64,000 bases of DNA. Source: Chloropicon primus. Its lineage: Eukaryota. The stretch covers positions 62,001 through 126,000 of the forward strand of contig CP060766.1 in assembly GCA_023205875.1 (NCBI GenBank). Reading direction: 5' to 3'. Below, in pieces: positions 40,324 to 50,323 of this stretch; within the stretch, counting starts at the first letter, position 1, and each line of letters starts with the position of its first letter. The position numbers were made by a program, and so were the translations under genes. The notes beneath the pieces were generated by a model. It was not told the DNA's origin. It worked only from the letters and a program-made list of their open reading frames with translations, and ran no database searches.

Positions 40324-40974
40324 TAAGCTCACGAAATTGTGTTCTTGATGGACAAAACTGATTTCGATGCAAGGTACGTGTGAGCCTGATTGGATCACAC
40401 CAGAAGAAGAAGCAGCGCGAACTAGAGGGTTCTCCTCCGTCTTCATCAGCCTCCCGTCAAGGCTGTCCAGGTAACCCACCCGGTACAGGCCCTCCACCCT
40501 CGCCTTTGTGATGTCCTCCACCGGGAAGTACGTGTGGAGGGCGACCGTGTACACCATCTCCTCGCACCCCGTGTTCGTCACCATGAGCTTGGTGAACAGC
40601 TGCGTGTTGGTTATCGTGTACCTCACGTTGATGGTGAAGCTGTCCTCGCACCCGTACTTGTCCAAAAAGTCGTCGTCCGAGCTGTTCAGCTTGAGCACCA
40701 CCGTGTCCCCCTCCCTCTCGAACAGCTTCCACCGGGTGTTCCTCGCGAACCCGTGGCTCGTCTTCAGGTTCCCAAAGTCGCTGAACTGCGGGAAGCATAT
40801 CGGGACCCCGCCCCGAATCGCTTTCGGGGGCTTGAACACCGCCTGCTTCGACACAAATACCTGCTCCTGCCCGTTCGCCGTCTTCCACGACGTCAGGTGA
40901 GCCCCGTGGAGCTCGATGCACGCCCGAGCCCCGCTCGGGTGCCCTATGTACACCTTTTCCTCGCTCGACGCCAT
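40324..40974 (-). pseudogene. Glucose-6-phosphate 1-epimerase (aldose 1-epimerase family), 3'-truncated
   Basis: LHGAHLTSWK, KAIRGGVPICFPQF, SHGFARN, ALHTYF, GYLDSL; similarity stops near 40420 and the DAVVWNPW / CVE C-terminal third is not visible in the window. Confidence 0.7.
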
Positions 40975-41138
40975 CGACAACACCTCCTCCCCACCCCCAA
41001 CACCAACCCCCCCCCTCCCTCGCCCTGGGGTTGGGTGGGAGGTCCGTTGTATTGTTTGTGTTTGGAGAGAAGTCGTTCGTTCGTTCGTTCGTTCGTTCGT
41101 TCGTTCGTTCTGCCTTGAGCCTGACAGATCTCGGAGAG

Positions 41139-42245
41139 ATGAAGAGGATGAAGAGCTCGTCATCGATGACGAACTTGCTTGGGGCGCACCAGGAGAGCGC
41201 GGAGATGAAGGTGACGGTGTTCGGGAGCGGGTCCTTCGGGATGGCCATGGCGACCCTGGTGGCGAGGAACGGGTTCGACGTCGTGGTGCTGACGCGCCGC
41301 GAGGAAGTCGCCGAAGGGATCAACAAGGACCGGAGGAACCCGACCCACCTCAAGGAGTTCCTCCTGCCTGAGAACCTGAAGGCGACTACGGACGCGGTCG
41401 AGGCGCTCCGGGGGACCTCCTTCATCGTGCACTGCATCCCTCTCCAGTCCACCAAGTCCTTCCTGGAGAGCATGAAGGACAAGATCGAGCCCGGGGTCCC
41501 GATCGTGTCGACGTCCAAGGGCCTCCACACGGAGACCCTGGAGATGATGCACGAGATCATCCCGAACGCCCTCGGGCGCCCCCAACCGGTGGCCTTCCTC
41601 TCCGGACCGACCTTCGCCCAGGACATCATGGCGAACACGCCGAGCGGGGCGGTGCTGGCCTCGGAGGACATCATGATGAGCCAGAAGCTCGCCCACCTCT
41701 TCAGCGGCCCGACCATGAGGGTGTACCCCAGCGAGGACGTCATCGGGGTCCAGGTCGGGGGGGCCCTGAAGAACGTGATCGCCATCCTCGCCGGCGTCGC
41801 GGAGGGCCTCGGCCTCGGCATCAACGCCGTCGCCCTCCTGGTAACGAGGGGGTGCCGGGAGATGAACAGGCTGGCGGTGGCCATGGGGGGCCAGGAGCAC
41901 ACGATGAACGGCCTTGCGGGGATCGGGGACCTCATGCTGACTTGCCTCGGTGGCCTGTCCAGGAACAAGCGCGTCGGCATCGAGCTCGGCAGGGGGAAGA
42001 ACCTGGAGCAGGTCCTCAAGGAGAGGGCGGAGAGCCTGCAGGGCGTCGCGGAGGGCGTGGCCACGACCCCGGCCGCCGTCAAGCTCGCCACCAGGTACAG
42101 GATCCCCACTCCGATCATGTTCATGGCGAACAGGCTCCTCAAGGGGGAGGACGACGCCGCGAACCTGCTCAAGGACATGATGGAGGCCCCCATGCTGGAC
42201 GACGTGAGTCTCGAGATGGAGTTCCAGGCCATGAAGTACTGGTGA
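41139..42245 (+). CDS. NAD(P)-dependent glycerol-3-phosphate dehydrogenase (GpsA type)
   Basis: VFGSGSFGMAMA, STSKGL, LSGPTFA, GGALKNVIAI, GLAGIGDLMLTC, LSRN, VAEGVAT. Confidence 0.93.
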   Translation: MKRMKSSSSMTNLLGAHQESAEMKVTVFGSGSFGMAMATLVARNGFDVVVLTRREEVAEGINKDRRNPTHLKEFLLPENLKATTDAVEALRGTSFIVHCIPLQSTKSFLESMKDKIEPGVPIVSTSKGLHTETLEMMHEIIPNALGRPQPVAFLSGPTFAQDIMANTPSGAVLASEDIMMSQKLAHLFSGPTMRVYPSEDVIGVQVGGALKNVIAILAGVAEGLGLGINAVALLVTRGCREMNRLAVAMGGQEHTMNGLAGIGDLMLTCLGGLSRNKRVGIELGRGKNLEQVLKERAESLQGVAEGVATTPAAVKLATRYRIPTPIMFMANRLLKGEDDAANLLKDMMEAPMLDDVSLEMEFQAMKYW

Positions 42246-42401
42246 TGAATAGAAACAGTAGGGAGGAGGAGGAGGAGGTGGGGGGTGGGGGGTGTTCTTC
42301 GGAGGAAGGAGGGGAAGGAGAAAAGTAAGAAGAACATTTTTATTTATTCTTTTAGTCCGTTTCGTGTGTGTGTGTCTGTTTTGTCTGTTTTTTTTTGTCT
42401 G

Positions 42402-42442
<41 letters not shown>

Positions 42443-42483
42443 GGTGGGCCTTGTCTTGCTTGTTCTATTATTAACAAGCATCA

Positions 42484-42658
42484 AAGATGATACCAAGGTG
42501 ATACCAAGACGACAACAAGGTGATACCCTAAGATGATACCAAGACGACAACAAGGTGACAACAAGGTGACAGCAAGATGACAGCAAGATGACAACAAGAT
42601 GACAGCAAGACGACAACAAGATGACAACAAGATGACAACAAGATGATACCAAGATGAC
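42484..42658. repeat. Second, shorter array of the same 11-bp minisatellite
   Basis: AAGATGATACC AAGGTGATACC AAGACGACAAC ... including a local AAGATGACAGC variant; same orientation as the 33.6-kb array. Confidence 0.93.
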
Positions 42659-42849
42659 CGAATTCTTCTTCCCTGAATGAAATAGAGAATCCATTGTGCC
42701 TCGATTGTGTCTCCTCCTGGTGCATTGATCCCATGGAAAGGACCGAGCCGAGGAGGACGAGGAGGAGAGAATCTCTTGGCTTTAGCAAGGGACAGGCCGA
42801 GGAGAGGAGGAAGGAGGAAGGAGGACGAGGACACGCAGGCACACACACA

Positions 42850-42880
<31 letters not shown>

Positions 42881-43133
42881 GCGCGCACACACACACACAC
42901 GTGGTGACACCTCTTCCTCGTGGTGCAGGGATCCCAAGGAAAGGAGCGAGCCTGAGGAGAGGTGCAGGGTTGGTGGTGCTGGAAGGAAGGGAAAGGGAGC
43001 AGGATAGAGAGAACCAGTGTCGTTGTTGAGAGAGTTGAATCCCATTGAGAGAGTTGAATCCTGATGATGGTTGTATGTATGGAGGTTGGTAGATTAGCTG
43101 GTTGATTGGTTTTGGGGTGGGTGGGGGCAAGCC

Positions 43134-43781
43134 ATGTCCCTGTTTGACGCGACGTTTGGGCAGGACTCCCACGACAGTGCGCCTCCTGAGATCGAGAACG
43201 TGCACTGGGTACCCTTCGTCTTGCACTTTATCCCCGGCGGGTGCAAGCTCAGGTGGGTGTTGTTCGGTTTTCTCTGGCCAACCCCCCTATCATCGTCGTT
43301 TGCTGACTGACTGACTTGACTTGACTCCGCGATCGATCTTCTCAGCTTGTCCGGGGCAGCTCCCGCGTGGATCAGCCGGGAGGCGGTGGGTCCCATACTC
43401 AGGAGGATGGAGAAGGTGAAGGAGAGGGACCTCACGCTTCGCTCCATGGCGCTGCTCGGTTCGTGCTGCCTCTGCGGACTCCCCCTGTACTTTCTCGCTT
43501 CCCTGGAGAGGAAGAACCAGAAGCGAATGAGGGAACTGCTCGAGGAGCTCAAGTCCACCATCGTCGCGAGCGGTGGGGCCGGCGTGAGGTTCGTCTCGAT
43601 GCTGCGGAGGTACCAGGGCCCCGACGAGGTCTACAAGTACGAGGACAAGTGGCTCGGGTTCGCCAGGACCGAGGAAGCCGTGGACAGGCTGAACGACCTG
43701 CCCACCAACTGGCTTCCCTACGCCACGTCGAGGGTCTTCAAGAACATCAACAGGCTGGAGGTTAGGGACCGCGTGTATTAG
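43134..43781 (+). CDS. Small Cys-rich membrane-associated protein (weakly Erf4/golgin-A7/CHIC-like)
   Basis: Exons 43134-43252 and 43346-43781 join in frame (GTGGGT, CTGAC branch, CAG); hydrophobic LLGSCCLCGLPLYFL; family call is weak. Confidence 0.55.
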
Positions 43782-44014
43782 TAGAGGAGCAGAAGTCCGT
43801 CCAAAGAGAGGAAGGAGGGAAGAGAAGAGGAGGGAAGGACCAGACCCAGACCATTTTTTTTTATTTTTGGGTGTGGAGGGGTGTACAAATGCCATTCATT
43901 TATGATATTTAAGCCGTGTTCGTCGAAATGATGTTTAAGCGAGCGAGCGAGTCGTCGCTAGACTCCTCTTTCTCCCTCTCTCTCTCTCTCCCTCCGTCTC
44001 CTCCTCCTCCTCCT

Positions 44015-44880
44015 CTAGAGGACGTACCTGTCCTTGGCCTTCTTGTCCAGCCTCTTGGCGTCGGCGTGAGTGAGGTAGCCGATGCTGGTGGTCTCAGGCA
44101 AGTCCACGAACTGCTTGAGGGCCTTCCCGATGGAGATCTGCCCGGCCTCGTTGGAGGCGGTCTTGGTCCACAGGGCGATTCTGTCTCCCCTGTTCCTCAC
44201 CGAGACCACGGCGCCGCAGATCTCGTCGCTCTCCGCGAACTGCTCCCCAATCATGGCGAGAAGCAAGTTCAGCCAGGACGCGTCCGTGTTGCTCTTGCTC
44301 GTCGCCTTGGAGTACGTCACGGTCCACTTGCCACCGTTCGCGCACATGGGGTCCTCCCACTAGTTTTTGGTTGTTGTTGTTGTGTGCGTGTGCGCGTGTG
44401 ATTCAACAGGGATGAAGAAAAGCAATGCAATCAAAGTTTTTGAGGAGTCAGCGACGACAACGACGACGAGGAGGGCGATGACGACGACGAGGAGGACGGC
44501 ACTTACCTTTGGCTCGATGCCCTCCTTAAAGACGTGGAGGTCAGCACCCGTGACGAGTCTCGAGGGTGGGACGACGTTGTTGTACAAGCACCAGAAGTCT
44601 TCGATGGTCTTGAAGGTGTACACGCTCCGCAAGGTCTGGCCCCAGGTCGTCTGCTTCTGCTTCCCGTTCGGGTTGTCGAACCAGAACGTCCACGAGTGCT
44701 CGAGCGGGTGCTAGAGAATCAGAGAGAATCAGAGAGCGGTGTCAGCGGCAAGCGCGTGCACGAGCGGAGGCCAGGGCGGGGTCTCGTCCTCACCTTCTTT
44801 GTGAGGTCGAGGGTGACGTCCTTCTTCTGGGAAGGCGCCTTAATCGAAAGGTCGCTAGGTTTCTTCAAGGTGTCCGCCAT
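44015..44880 (-). CDS. EIF4E: Translation initiation factor eIF4E
   Basis: Exons 44880-44794, 44710-44507, 44359-44015; [54 protein letters not shown]. Confidence 0.95.
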
Positions 44881-45042
44881 CGTGTGTGGAGTTTGTGGGG
44901 GAGGGACGAGGGTTTGAGGAGGGCGCGGGCAAGCCGCCAGACGACCGAAAAGGGGGGCGCAGCGGTATATAGGGACAGAAACTCCGATTTCCGAACACGT
45001 AGAATTCTCGCAATGTGTAGCGACGTCGCGAGAGTGAACAAG

Positions 45043-45141
45043 GCACATTTGGCCGAGTGGTTAAGGCGTTCGCCTGCTAGCAGTAGTAGTGACGACAGTG
45101 AATTCCCTCTGGGAGCGAAGGTTCGAATCCTTCAGTGTGCG
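45043..45141 (+). tRNA. tRNA-Ser(GCU) with a 17-nt canonical intron (45080-45096)
   Basis: Acceptor GCACATT/AGTGTGC + discriminator G; A box TGGCCGAGTGG; anticodon stem TTCGC/GTGAA with CT-GCT-A; long variable arm TCCC-TCT-GGGA; T arm GAAGG-TTCGAAT-CCTTC. Confidence 0.93.
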
Positions 45142-45313
45142 GTTCCAGGCATGGAATCGGTAGCAAACAAACCGAGCTACCTACCTTTACTTTTACTCGG
45201 GGAGAGAAAAGATTCTGTGAGAGACGTTAATCAGGGTCGGTCGAGAAGAGGAGGAGGAATCAGAAGAGGAAGCGAAGGTCGATGACAGGTTCGTCGTGAG
45301 ACATTGTTCTTGG

Positions 45314-46870
45314 TTACGAATTAGCCTTCATCCAATCGACGACGTGCTGGTGATTGTAGTACTTCGCCTCTCTTCTGCAATCCTCTGGGTTCCAATCACA
45401 AGGCGGATCCTGGCTTCGAGCCCACTGCAGAACCTCAAGGTGACCTCTTCGAGCTGCCCCATCACAAGTATACTTGTTCCAAGGGCAAGGCGGGTCCTGG
45501 CTTCGAACCCACTGCAGGACATCAAGGTGACCTCCTCGAGCTGCGTACCAACAAGTCCCCGCGTTCCAATCACAAGGCGGATCCTGGCTTCGAGCCCACT
45601 TCAGAACATCAAGGTGACCTCCTCCAGCTGCCTCATAACAAGTCCTCGAGTCCCAATCGCAAGGCGGGTCCTGGCTTCGAAGCCACTGCAGAACCTCAAG
45701 GTGACCTCTCATAGCTGCCATCCCACAAGTCCCCGCGTCCCAAGGGCAAGGTGGATCCTGGCTTCGAAGCCACTGCAGAACCTCAAGGTGACCTTCTAGA
45801 GCTGCATCACCACAAGTCTGCTGGTCCCAAGGGCAAGGCGGATCCTGGCTTCGGAGCCACTGCAGAACGTCAAGGTGACCTCCTCGAGCTGCCCATTTAC
45901 AAGTCGCCCAGCCCCAATCACAAGGCGGGTCCTGGCTTCGAGCCCACTGCAGAACGTGAAGGTGACCTCCTTTAGCTGCCCAATCACAAGTCAACTCGTC
46001 CCAATCACAAGGCGGGTCCTGACTTCGAGCCCACTTCAGAACATCAAGGTGACCTCCTGCAGCTGCCTCATAACAAGTCTCCTCGTCCCAAGGGCAAGTC
46101 GGGTCCTGGCTTCGAGCCCACTGCAGAATGTGAAGATGACCTCTTGAAGCTGCCTCTTTACAAGTCTCGTAGTTCCAATCGCAAGGCGGGTCCTGGCTTC
46201 GAAGCCACTGCAGAACATCAAGGTGACCTCCTCGAGCTGCCCAATCACAAGTCAACTCGTCCCAATCACAAGGCGGGTCCTGGCTTCGGAGCCACTTCAG
46301 AACGTCAAGGTGACCTCCCCGAGCTGCATAAGAACAGGTCCACACATTAAACCCGTACCCCTCGCTCCTCAACCATTCCAGCAACTCAATGTGACCTCCT
46401 GCAGCAGCTCCTGTAGCTGCTACCACTTCATGATCCTCGCGATCGATATTCAAAGGGATCCCTTGGCTCACCAACCACTCCATCACCTTCTTGCTGCCCT
46501 GGAAAGCGGCGAGAAACATCAGGTCAGAGTCGTACAAGTGGTCGTCGTACTCGCCCTCTCTCAACTCTATCGGCCCTCCCTTCCTCCTTTTGAACGACCG
46601 AAGCACCCACTGGAACCAACCCAAACTGAAGCGAGGCATCTGCTCGAACAACTTGTCGTCCGTCAGGTCCGTCTTCAGAGCAACCTTCTTCTTCGGATCA
46701 GGGTTCGCCGTTGTCACCGCCTCGAAGAACATCTTGCAGGTCAACCCGAAAGCGACCCGGTCGTAGTCGGCCACATGCGTGCCAATGACGCTCCACAGTA
46801 CCCCCGGCAGCACGTCCAGTGCATCCCTGCCCTCCCTCCTCTGCCTCTTGCTCTCCATCGTCTCCTCCAT
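45314..46870 (-). CDS. F-box-like + 11 x 29-aa ankyrin-like repeat protein, copy 1
   Basis: LDVLPGVLWSVIG...DRVAFGLTCKMF; repeats TCxxAAxxGHLxVLQWxRSQDPPCxWxxx. Confidence 0.85.
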   Translation of the reverse strand: MEETMESKRQRREGRDALDVLPGVLWSVIGTHVADYDRVAFGLTCKMFFEAVTTANPDPKKKVALKTDLTDDKLFEQMPRFSLGWFQWVLRSFKRRKGGPIELREGEYDDHLYDSDLMFLAAFQGSKKVMEWLVSQGIPLNIDREDHEVVAATGAAAGGHIELLEWLRSEGYGFNVWTCSYAARGGHLDVLKWLRSQDPPCDWDELTCDWAARGGHLDVLQWLRSQDPPCDWNYETCKEAASRGHLHILQWARSQDPTCPWDEETCYEAAAGGHLDVLKWARSQDPPCDWDELTCDWAAKGGHLHVLQWARSQDPPCDWGWATCKWAARGGHLDVLQWLRSQDPPCPWDQQTCGDAALEGHLEVLQWLRSQDPPCPWDAGTCGMAAMRGHLEVLQWLRSQDPPCDWDSRTCYEAAGGGHLDVLKWARSQDPPCDWNAGTCWYAARGGHLDVLQWVRSQDPPCPWNKYTCDGAARRGHLEVLQWARSQDPPCDWNPEDCRREAKYYNHQHVVDWMKANS

Positions 46871-47384
46871 CTTCACGTCCGTGCACCTCAGATGATCCTC
46901 ACCAATGGGTCGTTCTTGTCGCGCGAGGGCTCGCTCGAAAGAGCAAGAGACACTCCTTCCGCTCGTCTATCACTCGAGAGAAACCTCCGGCACAAAATCC
47001 CGCCCTCGTCGTCGCCTCCCTTCCTCGGTGATCTACTCCTCGATTTCTTTCTGCCTCTCTTTTTCGTGTTTCGTGTCGCCAGATCCTCACCACTGGGTCG
47101 TTTCTTTCGCGCGAGAGCTCGTTCGAAAGAGCACGAGACAACGCTTCCTTCTTTCCTGTCTTCCGCTTCTCTCTCTCTCTCTTCCTCCTCCACGCGCTCC
47201 CGTCCTCTTCGTTTCTCTCTCGTGCTCGTCCTCGTTCGGCCCCTCGTGGCCTCGGGCCGTTTTGATGGTTCAGCGGAAGGGAGAAAATCCACCGGAAGAG
47301 AAAGAGCAAAGGAGAAAGGAGGAGGAGGAATCAGAAGAGGAAGCGAAGGTCGATGACAGGTTCGTCGTGAGACATTGTTCTTGG

Positions 47385-48941
47385 TTACGAATTGGCATCG
47401 ATCCATTCGATGACGTGCTGGCGATTGTAGTACTTCGCCTCTCTTCTGCAATCCGCTGGGTTCCAATCACAAGGCGGATCCTGGCTTCGAGCCCACTGCA
47501 GCATGTCAAGGTGACCTCTTTCAGCTGCAGCAGAACAAGTATACTTGTTCCAAGGGCAAGGCGGGTCCTGGCTTCGAACCCACTGCAGGACATCAAGGTG
47601 ACCTCCTCGAGCTGCGTACCAACAAGTCCCCGCGTTCCAATCACAAGGCGGATCCTGGCTTCGAGCCCACTTCAGAACATCAAGGTGACCTCCTCCAGCT
47701 GCCTCATAACAAGTCCTCGAGTCCCAATCGCAAGGCGGGTCCTGGCTTCGAAGCCACTGCAGAACCTCAAGGTGACCTCTCATAGCTGCCATCCCACAAG
47801 TCCCCGCGTCCCAAGGGCAAGGTGGATCCTGGCTTCGAAGCCACTGCAGAACCTCAAGGTGACCTTCTAGAGCTGCATCACCACAAGTCTGCTGGTCCCA
47901 AGGGCAAGGCGGATCCTGGCTTCGGAGCCACTGCAGAACGTCAAGGTGACCTCCTCGAGCTGCCCATTTACAAGTCGCCCAGCCCCAATCACAAGGCGGG
48001 TCCTGGCTTCGAGCCCACTGCAGAACGTGAAGGTGACCTCCTTTAGCTGCCCAATCACAAGTCAACTCGTCCCAATCACAAGGCGGGTCCTGACTTCGAG
48101 CCCACTTCAGAACATCAAGGTGACCTCCTGCAGCTGCCTCATAACAAGTCTCCTCGTCCCAAGGGCAAGGCGGGTCCTGGCTTCGAGCCCACTGCAGAAT
48201 GTGAAGATGACCTCTTGAAGCTGCCTCTTTACAAGTCTCGTAGTTCCAATCGCAAGGCGGGTCCTGGCTTCGAAGCCACTGCAGAACATCAAGGTGACCT
48301 CCTCGAGCTGCCCAATCACAAGTCAACTCGTCCCAATCACAAGGCGGGTCCTGGCTTCGGAGCCACTTCAGAACGTCAAGGTGACCTCCCCGAGCTGCAT
48401 AAGAACAGGTCCACACATTAAACCCGTACCCCTCGCTCCTCAACCATTCCAGCAACTCAATGTGACCTCCTGCAGCAGCTCCTGTAGCTGCTACCACTTC
48501 ATGATCCTCGCGATCGATATTCAAAGGGATCCCTTGGCTCACCAACCACTCCATCACCTTCTTGCTGCCCTGGAAAGCGGCGAGAAACATCAGGTCAGAG
48601 TCGTACAAGTGGTCGTCGTACTCGCCCTCTCTCAACTCTATCGGCCCTCCCTTCCTCCTTTTGAACGACCGAAGCACCCACTGGAACCAACCCAAACTGA
48701 AGCGAGGCATCTGCTCGAACAACTTGTCGTCCGTCAGGTCCGTCTTCAGAGCAACCTTCTTCTTCGGATCAGGGTTCGCCGTTGTCACCGCCTCGAAGAA
48801 CATCTTGCAGGTCAACCCGAAAGCGACCCGGTCGTAGTCGGCCACATGCTTGCCAATGACGCTCCACAGTACCCCCGGCAGCACGTCCAGTGCATCCCTG
48901 CCCTCCCTCCTCTGCCTCTTGCTCTCCATCGTCTCCTCCAT
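47385..48941 (-). CDS. F-box-like + 11 x 29-aa ankyrin-like repeat protein, copy 2
   Basis: Near-identical to copy 1 apart from the last repeat, the cap and two point changes. Confidence 0.85.
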   Translation of the reverse strand: MEETMESKRQRREGRDALDVLPGVLWSVIGKHVADYDRVAFGLTCKMFFEAVTTANPDPKKKVALKTDLTDDKLFEQMPRFSLGWFQWVLRSFKRRKGGPIELREGEYDDHLYDSDLMFLAAFQGSKKVMEWLVSQGIPLNIDREDHEVVAATGAAAGGHIELLEWLRSEGYGFNVWTCSYAARGGHLDVLKWLRSQDPPCDWDELTCDWAARGGHLDVLQWLRSQDPPCDWNYETCKEAASRGHLHILQWARSQDPPCPWDEETCYEAAAGGHLDVLKWARSQDPPCDWDELTCDWAAKGGHLHVLQWARSQDPPCDWGWATCKWAARGGHLDVLQWLRSQDPPCPWDQQTCGDAALEGHLEVLQWLRSQDPPCPWDAGTCGMAAMRGHLEVLQWLRSQDPPCDWDSRTCYEAAGGGHLDVLKWARSQDPPCDWNAGTCWYAARGGHLDVLQWVRSQDPPCPWNKYTCSAAAERGHLDMLQWARSQDPPCDWNPADCRREAKYYNRQHVIEWIDANS

Positions 48942-49453
48942 CTTCACGTCCGTGCACCTCAGATGATCCTCACCAATGGGTCGTTCTTGTCGCGCGAGGG
49001 CTCGCTCGAAAGAGCAAGAGACACTCCTTCCGCTCGTCTATCACTCGAGAGAAACCTCCGGCACAAAATCCCGCCCTCGTCGTCGCCTCCCTTCCTCGGT
49101 GATCTACTCCTCGATTTCTTTCTGCCTCTCTTTTTCGTGTTTCGTGTCGCCAGATCCTCACCACTGGGTCGTTTCTTTCGCGCGAGAGCTCGTTCGAAAG
49201 AGCACGAGACAACGCTTCCTTCTTTCCTGTCTTCCGCTTCTCTCTCTCTCTTCCTCCTCCACGCGCTCCCGTCCTCTTCGTTTCTCTCTCGTGCTCGTCC
49301 TCGTTCGGCCCCTCGTGGCCTCGGGCCGTTTTGATGGTTCAGCGGAAGGGAGAAAATCCACCGGAAGAGAAAGAGCAAAGGAGAAAGGAGGAGGAGGAAT
49401 CAGAAGAGGAAGCGAAGGTCGATGACAGGTTCGTCGTGAGACATTGTTCTTGG

Positions 49454-50323
49454 TTAAATATTGGCATTGATCCATCAGCGATGACGCGCTGGTGATTGTA
49501 GTACTTCGCCTCTCTTCTGCAATCCTCTCGCCCCAATCACAAGGCGGATCCTGGCTCCTCAACCATTCCAGCACATCAAGGTGACCTCCCCTGGCTGCCC
49601 CTTCACAAGTCCACGCATCAAACTCGCACCCCTCGCTCCTCAACCATTCCAGCACATCAAGGTGACCTCCCCTGGCTGCAGCTCCTTGAGATGCTCCCAC
49701 TCCATGGCGGTTCTTGCGCTTGATATTCAAAGGCATCCCTCGCTCCCCAACCACTTCAGCACATGAATGTGACCGCCGCTAGCAGCAGCTTCCACACTCT
49801 TCCAGTCTCCGATATCCAAGCAGATCCCTTGGCTCACCAACCACTCCATCACCTTCTTGCTGCCCTGGAAAGCGGCGAGGTACATCAGGTCACAGTCGTA
49901 CAAGTGGTCGTAGTACCTGCCATCTCTCAACTCTTTCGCCGCTCCCTTCTTCCTTTTGAACGACTGAAACGCCCACTGGAGCCAACCCAAACTGAAGCAA
50001 GGCATCTGCTCGATCAACTTGTCGTCCTTCAGGTCCGTCTTCAGAGCAACCTTCTTCTTCTGCTCAGGGTTCGCCGCCGTCGCCGTCGCCGTCGTCGCCA
50101 TTGTCACCGCCTCGAGGAACGTCTTGCAGGTCAACCCGAAAGCGACCCGGTCGTAGTCGGCCACATGCTTGCCAATGATGCGCCATGCACTACCTGGCAA
50201 CACTTCCAGCGCGTGCTTGGGCTCAATCCTCTGCCTCTTGCTCGCTCTCCTTGTCACCACCACCAGCGCGTCACCAGAGAGAAACACCCTACTCCTCTCT
50301 CTCTCCCTCTGAGGTGCTTTCAT
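49454..50323 (-). pseudogene. Frameshifted third member of the F-box/ankyrin-like family with a collapsed repeat region
   Basis: Same N-terminal domain (DRVAFGLTCKTF, HLYDCDLMYLAAFQGS); frame changes near 49735 and 49530; only one RSQDPPCDW unit. Confidence 0.75.

Larger units (their letters stand above)
45250..49460. repeat. Recent tandem duplication, unit about 2.07 kb, followed by a diverged third unit to about 50720
   Basis: GAGGAGGAATCAGAAGAGGAAGCGAAGGTCGATGACAGG...TTGGTTA recurs near 45250, 47321 and 49390; the two ORFs are offset by 2071 bp. Confidence 0.95.

Noticed and set aside
42839..42900. (CA)n-(CG)n-(CA)n tract and other simple repeats, including poly-amino-acid runs inside CDSs
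   Set aside because: Simple repeats are common throughout the window; nothing is specific to this locus.
45314..50323. Endogenous giant-virus insertion suggested by the ankyrin-like repeats
   Set aside because: No viral hallmark genes are present and the flanks are ordinary host genes; the upstream regions carry the host upstream motif.
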